Under the pieces are notes generated by a model. That model did no database searches, was not told the origin of the DNA, and worked only from the letters and a program-made list of their open reading frames with translations. Positions 28,001 to 34,661 of a DNA stretch of 44,602 nucleotides are shown piece after piece. This stretch comes from Flavobacteriales bacterium (GTDB taxonomy: Bacteria > Bacteroidota > Bacteroidia > NORP154): NCBI GenBank assembly GCA_012966015.1, contig DTRI01000023.1, positions 1-44,602 on the forward strand, written 5' to 3'. The translations under genes were made by a program, and so were the position numbers. Numbering within the stretch: the first letter of the stretch is position 1; the number at the start of each line of letters is the position of its first letter.

Positions 28001-28167
28001 TCGGTAAACTATACAGTACTTTCTGGATTAATATCCTGGTTATCTGGATTATGTCTTTTGGCCTAATGGTCAGTCTTTACTTCAACTTGTTCAGGAAGTT
28101 TCTGGAATATCCTGGAGAGCTGATAGGAAAGATTCAAAAGTTGTTCGTAAGGAAGGAAACAGCATAG
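25051..28167 (+). CDS. Atypical ABCG(White)-type ABC transporter, NBD-TMD fusion (1038 aa), with a TerB-like helical N-terminus, a beta-rich linker domain and an insert of about 200 aa between TM5 and TM6
   Basis: NBD motifs: Walker A GGSGAGKST (aa 283-291), Q-loop, signature ISGGQRKR, Walker B VLFLDEPTSGLS, and the IHQPS H-loop that is a hallmark of ABCG. There are five TM helices at aa about 590-755, then RWAYEAMVVNQF (an ABCG re-entrant-like segment), a charged region at aa about 790-988, and a final TM FWINILVIWIMSFGLMVSLYF. The two helical repeats in aa 1-140 (ALMQLFAIISEVD..., VVLLRQIEFIFSSGNPSEQEIEFVTTIAETFNIS) look TerB-like. The start codon is GTG. Confidence 0.85.
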   Translation: MSERILKALMQLFAIISEVDIDGLSTDRRYIVELFLKQQLNQELVDEYLKVFDEFVESQTKKGASAKKKKRTSVNSVKILRICTQINEELAQPQKVVVLLRQIEFIFSSGNPSEQEIEFVTTIAETFNISQEEYNRIYSFVKNNQEEVPESSKILIINDKETNSIPEIKHIAIENLTGQLRFLLISSINMYLLRYYGSGEYYLNGQIINRDTVYVVNPGSSLRSSKIQPIYYSDIVSSFMSSKTADKIVYEVKELEFKFPAGNIGIQSMNLKEESGRMIAIMGGSGAGKSTLLNVLNGVEVPSSGQVLINGIDIHKDKEQAEGIIGFVPQDDLLMDDLTVFQNLYYAAKLCFGNFSDDKISEMCVNLLGDIGLQEAKDLKVGSPLEKVISGGQRKRLNIALELIREPSVLFLDEPTSGLSSRDSENIMDLLKELALKGKLIYVVIHQPSSDIFKMFDKLIILDVGGYIIYNGNPIDAVVYFKKLVQHINPDESECIQCGNVNPEQIFNIIESKIVDEYGNLTRTRKTTPNQWNDAYMEKIEPVVQNQQIDTSSKIPKSTFKIPNIFKQVRVFITRDVLSKLMNKQYMGISMLEAPALGLLLAYFMKYYNTDISNKVGYIFRENGNIPLFMFMLVLIMLFIGLTVAAEEIIKDRKILKREAFLNLSRGGYLFSKIVIMFGISAIQSITLILLGNAILEIKGMTLDYWLILFSLSCFANMLGLNISSAFNSAVTIYILIPFIVVPMLLFSGVMVKFDKLNPSIIVHNSVPMIGEVMVTRWAYEAMVVNQFKTNNFEKHFYGYDKKKSISDFKKNYWIPDLKSKVDYCIINISKKESEDQVRYALDLVKNELNLGVLPFKEISAIFPITLIDSINYDSFDVDYGKRLKTYLEKLHRYYIKRYNNITKSKDKLVAQMNSTEAKRTKFIRIKNMYDNEALRDLAVNKNEINRIKEIDGELVQQADPIYMNPVNTGNIRTHFFAPEKRLFGKLYSTFWINILVIWIMSFGLMVSLYFNLFRKFLEYPGELIGKIQKLFVRKETA

Positions 28168-28259
28168 CATAATTAAGCCTTCTTATCTTAATTAGATTAT
28201 ATTACTCATCCGTTATTGTATTGAACAGAGGTAATGTGTCCGCAACGGGAATAAACAAC

Positions 28260-28297
28260 AAACCGCCCCTCACATATTCTTATGTGAGGGGCGGTTT
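28260..28297. terminator. Bidirectional intrinsic terminator shared by the ABC gene (+) and the siaC-like gene (-)
   Basis: A perfect 15-bp stem AAACCGCCCCTCACA / TGTGAGGGGCGGTTT has an 8-nt loop. T-rich tracts follow it on both strands (GTTTAAT on +; TGTTGTTTAT on -). Confidence 0.85.
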
Positions 28298-28333
28298 GTT
28301 TAATGCTAGTCTGAACTGAAGAAGGAAGGAAGT

Positions 28334-28720
28334 TTATTCCTCTTCTATCGCTATTTTCTCAAAAGGTACAGTTACGATCGCCTCATAGTCGCCTCCAGCT
28401 TCGAGCATGTCCTCGTCATCCTCTTCATAATACCAATGTATTACCATCTGCGTTCCACCCTTCTTATGGATACCTTCAAGTGCCTTAAATACATCCAGGA
28501 TACACTTTGAAGAACTTGTATTAAAATACTCCAACTGCACCTCGACGTTAGTCTTCGGCTGAGGACTATTGCCGTACTCATCCAACCACTCTAAAAGCTC
28601 CTTGTAAAATTCCAGTGAGTTTTCTGGAATAGATCTTCCACGAATTTCGATATGCCCTTTGTCAGGATCAAAATTAATCAAGGGGGTTTTAGGTGTTGGT
28701 TCAATACTTATTGTATCCAT
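28334..28720 (-). CDS. siaC: SiaC-family (DUF1987) regulatory phosphoprotein
   Basis: The protein is 128 aa. The DUF1987 layout is present: TPLINFDPDKGHIEIRGRSIPEN, FYKELLEWL, and the motif LEYFNTSSSK, whose Thr is residue 68 (codon 28517-28519). This matches the phospho-acceptor position of P. aeruginosa SiaC. The tail is acidic. Confidence 0.85.
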   Translation of the reverse strand: MDTISIEPTPKTPLINFDPDKGHIEIRGRSIPENSLEFYKELLEWLDEYGNSPQPKTNVEVQLEYFNTSSSKCILDVFKALEGIHKKGGTQMVIHWYYEEDDEDMLEAGGDYEAIVTVPFEKIAIEEE

Positions 28721-28764
28721 ATCTATGATTTTAATTTATTCGGTAAATATATTATTAAATAGTA

Positions 28765-29322
28765 CTAATTAATATGTGAAATTTTAATGTCCAAGCTAAA
28801 AAATGAATACTCATCATCTATCAGTTTAAAATTATATCCTAATTTTTGGCCAGTCCTTCGCGCAATATCTACCAAGCCAAGTCCGCCGCCACCTTTTTCA
28901 GAGAAAGAATCATTATTGAGAATTTCCTTATAGAGTGCTTTTAACTCGTCCTTATCCATCTTATTAATTCTATCCATTTTCTCGGTTAGAGGCGGAATAT
29001 TTTCAGTGATAATATAATTACCAGTCATTATGTTATACATCTCTTCATCCTTGCCAATCATAAATATAGCTGTCCTGGCGCGTTTTGAGCGATCATCAAC
29101 TGGTGCCACTTCATCAACGTGATGATACAAGTTCTGAAGACATTCAACCAGCACATTGTATACCCTCTTTTTTGTTTTAGATTTTTCCTCGAAATTATCG
29201 AGTTTAGCTTCCATTATCTGAAGTATAGAAGTGAGTAAATCAGATGTGATCTCACCCTTAAAGGAGAGCATGATATTGCTGCGTTCCATTTTATCGTAGA
29301 ACTCGAATATGTCTAAGTCCAT
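28765..29322 (-). CDS. siaB: SiaB-family protein kinase (GHKL/anti-sigma-kinase fold)
   Basis: The protein is 185 aa. It has an N-box-like VECLQNLYHH and a G-box EKGGGGLGLVDIARRTG. The gene lies 44 nt upstream of the DUF1987 gene on the same strand, in the same B-then-C order as siaABCD. Confidence 0.8.
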   Translation of the reverse strand: MDLDIFEFYDKMERSNIMLSFKGEITSDLLTSILQIMEAKLDNFEEKSKTKKRVYNVLVECLQNLYHHVDEVAPVDDRSKRARTAIFMIGKDEEMYNIMTGNYIITENIPPLTEKMDRINKMDKDELKALYKEILNNDSFSEKGGGGLGLVDIARRTGQKLGYNFKLIDDEYSFFSLDIKISHIN

Positions 29323-29572
29323 CCTAGTGAGCTATTAACAAAAATTTCTTAACTAACGGCAGCTGTCTATCTGGTATTTCTGCTTAATCAATGCCTCTAA
29401 TTAAGAAAAAAAATCTAATAAAAGCAAATATATAAAAAAGATATTTATTCCCTAAGTAAAAGCAGATTATCCAGAGCAAAAGCACTTGCAATAATTGCCG
29501 TAAATCCGTATATTCGAAGCTATTAAAATTGAATAGCTTAGGAGATAATTGTAGCTGACCAGACTTAGCAGA

Positions 29573-30337
29573 GTGAAGCAATACAATCCTATAATGGATA
29601 CACAAAATGAAAGGGAATGGTTTGAGGATTGGTTCGACTCACCGTATTATCACATATTATATCAAAATCGAAATGAGAAAGAAGCGGAATTGTTTATAGA
29701 CTCGCTCATCAGAACAGTTCCTATCACTCCCAACTCTAAGATTCTGGACCTGGCCTGCGGAAGGGGCCGGCACTCGTACTATTTGAACCAGTTGGGGCAT
29801 GATGTTACGGGCGTAGACTTAAGTCAAAGCAACATCAAATGCGCACAACGATTTAACAATGACAGGCTATCTTTTGAAGTCCTGGATATGAGAGATCCAC
29901 TACCGAAAACTCAACCTGACTATGTCATAAACCTCTTTACATCCTTTGGTTATTTTATTCATGAACAAGATGATATAAAAGTATTGAAGAATGTACACCG
30001 TGTGTTAAACAATACGGGTAAGTTTATCATTGATTATCTGAACGTAAATAAGACCATACAATCGCTTGGCGGTAAAGAGAAATTTACACTGGATAACTTT
30101 GATTTTGACGTTGAAAGAATCGTTAAAAAGAACTTTATTGTTAAGCATATTCAAGTGAATCACAATGGGAGGAGATCTAATTTTAAGGAAATGGTAAAGA
30201 TTCTCAGACTAACCGATTTTGAAGCGTATTTTAGGCTGGCTGGGTTTGTCATAGACCAACTATACGGTGACTATAAGATGAATCCTTATGAACAAGCTTC
30301 ATCTGACAGATTACTGATGGTTGTTAACAAGGTATAG
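29573..30337 (+). CDS. Class I SAM-dependent methyltransferase
   Basis: Motif I is ILDLACGRGRHSYYL, followed by the acidic GVDLS and post-I/II motifs. The start could instead be the ATG at 29594 (MDTQNE). Confidence 0.8.
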   Translation: MKQYNPIMDTQNEREWFEDWFDSPYYHILYQNRNEKEAELFIDSLIRTVPITPNSKILDLACGRGRHSYYLNQLGHDVTGVDLSQSNIKCAQRFNNDRLSFEVLDMRDPLPKTQPDYVINLFTSFGYFIHEQDDIKVLKNVHRVLNNTGKFIIDYLNVNKTIQSLGGKEKFTLDNFDFDVERIVKKNFIVKHIQVNHNGRRSNFKEMVKILRLTDFEAYFRLAGFVIDQLYGDYKMNPYEQASSDRLLMVVNKV

Positions 30338-30343
30338 TTAATT

Positions 30344-30431
30344 GTTGTTTTTTGTTTTTTTGTTTTTTTGTCTTTTTATACTCTTTTTATACTCTTTTTA
30401 TGCAATTTATTGCTATTTTATGTCTTTTTAT
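30344..30431. repeat. T-rich micro-repeat block: (G T6-7) x3, then CTTTTTAT boxes at 30372, 30383, 30394 (11-bp phase) and 30424
   Basis: I read this directly from the sequence. TACTCTTTTTA is tandemly repeated. The block fills the gap between the methyltransferase stop (30337) and the ZIP start (30452). Confidence 0.8.
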
Positions 30432-30451
30432 CTTGATTAAACTATCATAAC

Positions 30452-31207
30452 ATGGTGATTCCAGTAATCTTGTTCTTAGCTCCTATTCTAAGTGGGTCAC
30501 TTGTTTTTCTTTTAAAGAGCAGCACTGAAAATAGCATTAAGCTACTGCTGGCATTTAGCGGATCATATCTGTTTTCTATTTCCGTACTACACCTTATCCC
30601 CGAAATATACAGTTCGTCAACAGGCATGACAATTGGTGTATATGTACTTGTTGGGTTTTTTATTCAGATCCTGCTCGAATTTTTCTCTGGCGGAATAGAA
30701 CACGGTCACATTCACACACATAGTACGCACAATGACAGTGACCATAACCATGGTGTGACTGATACTCATGTTTCAAATGTTGGACAAATTAATCTTGCGT
30801 TGCCCATATTAATCAGCTTGTGCATACACGCCTTCGTTGAAGGCATGCCCCTTGCAAATCAGGCGCTGGAGTCGGGTAACACAAAAACATTGTTGCTTGG
30901 AATCGTGCTTCACAAAATGCCGATCGCCTTTGTTCTAATGAGTCTGCTTCTATATCGTGGAATCAAAACACCATCCGCAATTGCAGTACTCATTTTCTTC
31001 GCGCTGGCTGCACCCATGGGATATGCTGTTAGCATGGAAACGACAGTCATTCATTCACATCCGCATGAGGTGATGGCAGTTGTGGTAGGTATAATGCTAC
31101 ATGTGTCGACCACCATATTATTCGAGTCCAGCGCTAATCATCGCTTCAATTTTTATAAAATCATTATTATTATTTTTGGAGCAGCAATGGCATTTTTAAA
31201 TCTGTAG
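30452..31207 (+). CDS. ZIP-family divalent metal transporter
   Basis: There are about 8 TM segments with a His-rich cytoplasmic loop GGIEHGHIHTHSTHNDSDHNHG. The HAFVEGMP and HKMPIAF motifs are typical of ZupT/ZIP TM4-5. Confidence 0.85.
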   Translation: MVIPVILFLAPILSGSLVFLLKSSTENSIKLLLAFSGSYLFSISVLHLIPEIYSSSTGMTIGVYVLVGFFIQILLEFFSGGIEHGHIHTHSTHNDSDHNHGVTDTHVSNVGQINLALPILISLCIHAFVEGMPLANQALESGNTKTLLLGIVLHKMPIAFVLMSLLLYRGIKTPSAIAVLIFFALAAPMGYAVSMETTVIHSHPHEVMAVVVGIMLHVSTTILFESSANHRFNFYKIIIIIFGAAMAFLNL

Positions 31208-31213
31208 CATGGT

Positions 31214-31840
31214 ATGGCGAATGTAAATCCCGCTACTCTCTCTCTTAAAACGAACTGGTTCCTATTTCTTGTGCTTCTAATCGAAGGAGGAGCGCTAATG
31301 GCCGTTGAGCTTATTGGCGCCAAATTAATAGCCCCTTTTTATGGCAATTCACTTTACGTTTGGGCCGCTGTACTGTCTACAACATTAGGTGGCCTAACAA
31401 TTGGATACTATACCGGGGGAAATCTTTCCAGCAAACATCCGAATCAAAAGACACTCATCAAAATCATCGCCGTTTCGGCACTGTTGGTATTGGCAATGCC
31501 CACTGTTTCAGGCGTAGTAATGGAGGCCACACTCGGACTGGAGCTGAGAACCGGTATTGTTCTGTCTTGCATATTGTTCCTGACACCTCCACTGGTAGCT
31601 TTCGGAATGGTAGGCCCGATGGTTGTCCGTTTATTAACCGACAAAGTTGAAAATGTAGGGCGTGTTGCAGGTACGGTATACTTTACATCGACCGTAGGTG
31701 GTATTATAACTACATTCTTATTCGGGTTTTATTTAATCCCATTTTGGGGACTAAAAATGAGCTCTTACCTCACTGGTGGCGCTTTGGCTATCCTACCGCT
31801 TTTGTTCTTCGCCATTGCCAGGAATAAATCAAGCGAATAA
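31214..31840 (+). CDS. Membrane-only paralogue of the spermidine-synthase-like protein N-terminal module
   Basis: The protein is 208 aa. It aligns by eye with aa 1-200 of the next product: LIEGGALMAVELIGAKLIAPFYG vs LEGAAVMTVELLAARMLTPYFG, and GTVYFTSTVGGIITTFLFGFYLIP vs GQVYTISTIGGIVGTYLMGFVIIP. Confidence 0.75.
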   Translation: MANVNPATLSLKTNWFLFLVLLIEGGALMAVELIGAKLIAPFYGNSLYVWAAVLSTTLGGLTIGYYTGGNLSSKHPNQKTLIKIIAVSALLVLAMPTVSGVVMEATLGLELRTGIVLSCILFLTPPLVAFGMVGPMVVRLLTDKVENVGRVAGTVYFTSTVGGIITTFLFGFYLIPFWGLKMSSYLTGGALAILPLLFFAIARNKSSE

Positions 31841-31845
31841 TATAT

Positions 31846-33390
31846 ATGCGCATCTCAATAAATTCGCTGCTGCTCCTGGCATTCTTAGAAGGAGCCGCAG
31901 TGATGACCGTGGAATTGCTGGCAGCCCGAATGTTGACTCCATACTTTGGCGCCGGACTACAGACCTGGGGTGCAGTAATCGGAATTACCTTGACAAGTCT
32001 CGGGTTGGGCTACTATCTGGGTGGTCGACTTTCAGAAAAATTCCAAACTAAAGAGTTTATTTATTGGACGATTCTGTTGGCTTCCATTTTTATAATAATG
32101 ATGCCATCCAATGCCAAAAAGTTAATAGCATCATTGATCGACGTTGAACGAATGATGGCATTACTCATAGCGGTTCCGTTGTTACTTGTTCCGGTTCTCG
32201 CATTGTTAGGAATGATTCCTGTGTTAATTATTCAAAGATTAACTGAAGAAACCGACGATTCTGGCAATACGACCGGGCAGGTCTATACCATATCCACAAT
32301 TGGTGGAATTGTGGGCACATATCTGATGGGATTTGTCATTATCCCCAATTATGGCTTAACCGTACCCGCGATAATCACGGGATTGGTGTGTGGAGCTATT
32401 AGCATGATATTATTACTCTCTAAAGGCAAAATGATTGCTGCAAGCTATCTGGTGGTGATATTGTTTTCTCTTTTATCAATGCGACAGGAAAAAACCCGAT
32501 CCGCGATCAAAGTTTTGTATCAATCAGAAGGATTAATGGGTCAATTAATGGTAGTTGACATGAAATATAATCAAGGGTACGAAAGGGCTTTATTTGTGAA
32601 TCGCATGGGGCAAACTATTGTTGACATGCGCACGGGCAAATCAAAATGGAGCTATGTTGATTACCTCACCTCTGTTGCGAGTAAGCTACCAGAAGGCGCG
32701 GAAGTACTATTGCTCGGCTTAGGAGGTGGAACAACGGCCAACCAGCTGTCATCTATTTTAAATTTAAATGTTACAACGGTAGACCTGGATGCCAGAATGC
32801 CTCACCTTGCAGCCAAATACTTTGCAATGGACAACAAAGTTAATGTTGTCATTGATGATGCCCGTCACTACATAGAAAGCTGTGATGCAAAATATGATCT
32901 CGTAATATTTGATCTTTACAAAGGAGAAGTAATACCGGCCCAAGCGCTAACCATTGAGTGTTTTACCAAAGTAAAAGATTTGCTGAACGAAAGTGGGTTT
33001 CTGGTCATTAGCTTCAATGGATTTCTGGATGGCGACATTGGCCGTGCAGGAAGATCCGTGTATAAGACACTGGTCTCGGCTGGCCTGAAAACTGAGCTGA
33101 TGCCAACTTATGAAGAACCCAAATACAGAAACTGTATTTTTATTGCTTCAGAAGAGAAGATGGAATATACTGACCTCAGGTTCAATTTGCAAGGTGCTGA
33201 AGGTGATCTGGACATAACTTCCCTCTTTATGGACCCTGCCAGCTTAGACTTTGATGATGCGGTGGTATTTACAGATGACCAACCGCTGCTGGAACATTAT
33301 AACGCCAGTGCGGCAGCTGCCTGGAGAAATGAGTACAACAGCTCATTTACCCCCTTTTTTATATCGCAGGGCATAGAGCTGTTTGAATGA
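31846..33390 (+). CDS. Fused polytopic-membrane / spermidine-synthase-like (class I Rossmann transferase) protein
   Basis: An N-terminal module of about 7 TM is followed by VLLLGLGGGTTANQL, VTTVDLDARM, VIDDARHYI and YDLVIFDLY, which is the aminopropyl/methyltransferase fold order. The canonical SpeE GGGDG motif is GLGGGT here. Confidence 0.8.
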   Translation: MRISINSLLLLAFLEGAAVMTVELLAARMLTPYFGAGLQTWGAVIGITLTSLGLGYYLGGRLSEKFQTKEFIYWTILLASIFIIMMPSNAKKLIASLIDVERMMALLIAVPLLLVPVLALLGMIPVLIIQRLTEETDDSGNTTGQVYTISTIGGIVGTYLMGFVIIPNYGLTVPAIITGLVCGAISMILLLSKGKMIAASYLVVILFSLLSMRQEKTRSAIKVLYQSEGLMGQLMVVDMKYNQGYERALFVNRMGQTIVDMRTGKSKWSYVDYLTSVASKLPEGAEVLLLGLGGGTTANQLSSILNLNVTTVDLDARMPHLAAKYFAMDNKVNVVIDDARHYIESCDAKYDLVIFDLYKGEVIPAQALTIECFTKVKDLLNESGFLVISFNGFLDGDIGRAGRSVYKTLVSAGLKTELMPTYEEPKYRNCIFIASEEKMEYTDLRFNLQGAEGDLDITSLFMDPASLDFDDAVVFTDDQPLLEHYNASAAAAWRNEYNSSFTPFFISQGIELFE

Positions 33391-33796
33391 AAATTGACTC
33401 AAATTTTAACTAAAGGATAAGGTTTTGAAAAATTTACGTTTTGGGTTTTTCAATATTCATTCAGCTATGGACAATGTGAAGCATCTTAATCTTACTGAAA
33501 ATTATCGTGGAGAAAAATTAAATGAACTAAAGGCAAAAAAAGATTTTCTGATCAAGCAAAAGGACGACTTTCCCAGTACTTGCAAGCCTGCACGTCCATC
33601 TACCCATTATATTCCCAATAAACGAAGTAATACTTATAAAATATTAATTGGCAATAACTCTATTCTTTGAACATTTTTTTGGATATTCTAATTTTTTAAA
33701 AAACACCCTTCTATTTTTATTGTTGTATAAAAATAATATGTACCTTGTCGTTCTTAACGTTAATTAAGATTGAACGATAAAACAATACACGTCACC

Positions 33797-34012
33797 ATGA
33801 AAATTACGAAAAAATTTATTCTAATGGTCTCGGCTATAATGGCAATTACATTGATGATTGTCGGCACAGTCCAATTAAATGCAAGATCCAAGGTTGACCT
33901 ACATCATGGATCTAAAGGTATTCTGATAAAAGTTCCTATCATCACACTTCGAGCACATGCACGGCACGGTGATTATGTGCATGCACCTTCATTTTGTAAT
34001 TGCGATTTTTAA
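33797..34012 (+). CDS. Small (71 aa) exported or membrane-anchored His/Cys-rich protein, hypothetical
   Basis: The N-terminus MKITKKFILMVSAIMAITLMIVGTVQLNA is a signal peptide or anchor. The mature part DLHHGSKG...RAHARHGDYVHAPSFCNCDF has 6 His and a C-terminal CxC. A strong intrinsic terminator follows. Confidence 0.5.
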   Translation: MKITKKFILMVSAIMAITLMIVGTVQLNARSKVDLHHGSKGILIKVPIITLRAHARHGDYVHAPSFCNCDF

Positions 34013-34049
34013 CCTTGTACAGGTTAAATCAATAAATAATTATAAAGCA

Positions 34050-34080
34050 GCCGGTGTAGAAATCTACACTGGCTTTTTTA
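34050..34080 (+). terminator. Rho-independent terminator after the small ORF
   Basis: A 10-bp stem GCCGGTGTAG / CTACACTGGC (one G-U pair) has loop AAAT and is followed by TTTTTTA. Confidence 0.85.
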
Positions 34081-34661
34081 TTGACTAAAGTTTGTGTTGC
34101 AAATAAAGCATGTATCTAAAACACGCTACCTACGGCTAGCTTAATTATATCCTTTCCCCACTACCTGTTTATTGAATGTATCGTTTGATACTAAATCTAA
34201 TTTAATTTATTTGCAGTATTAGGTATTGTGAATACTGGTTAATACAAAGAACAAAAGAGGTGGGAGAGATAATGTGCCGCCGATGAGGTAAGAACTCATT
34301 TTGCCCTGAGCCCAGCTCTAACTTCGTCTATGATTATTGTGGTTTTATCTAAAAATATAGATTCCTGATCCATATTTACGGATCTTTATGTAAGATCAAG
34401 GCTATCCCGGGAAATTAATGATTTACGACTTTGCACAGCTGGATTATGTAAGTATTCCAATCTGGGCAAGACGAAATAAGTTCGAAATTTTTCTGAAGTG
34501 ACTCCATTATATAGTAAATTAGGGGTAATGAGAATTTTGGAATCAACTTAGCTAGTGTAACATTTCAGGCAAATGAGCGTAAATAAAATGAGGCAACCAC
34601 CAAGCGTCCAGGGATGGTATTCACATCTGTCTACTGATCTGGTGACAACAAAAAATGATTA

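Noticed and set aside
33425-33670. 81-aa ORF (TTG start; internal ATG gives 67 aa) downstream of the spermidine-synthase-like gene
   Set aside because: It has no signal peptide, motif or clear terminator of its own. The composition is K/N-rich and could be chance in AT-rich DNA. I kept it only as a very-low-confidence possibility and did not list it as a feature.
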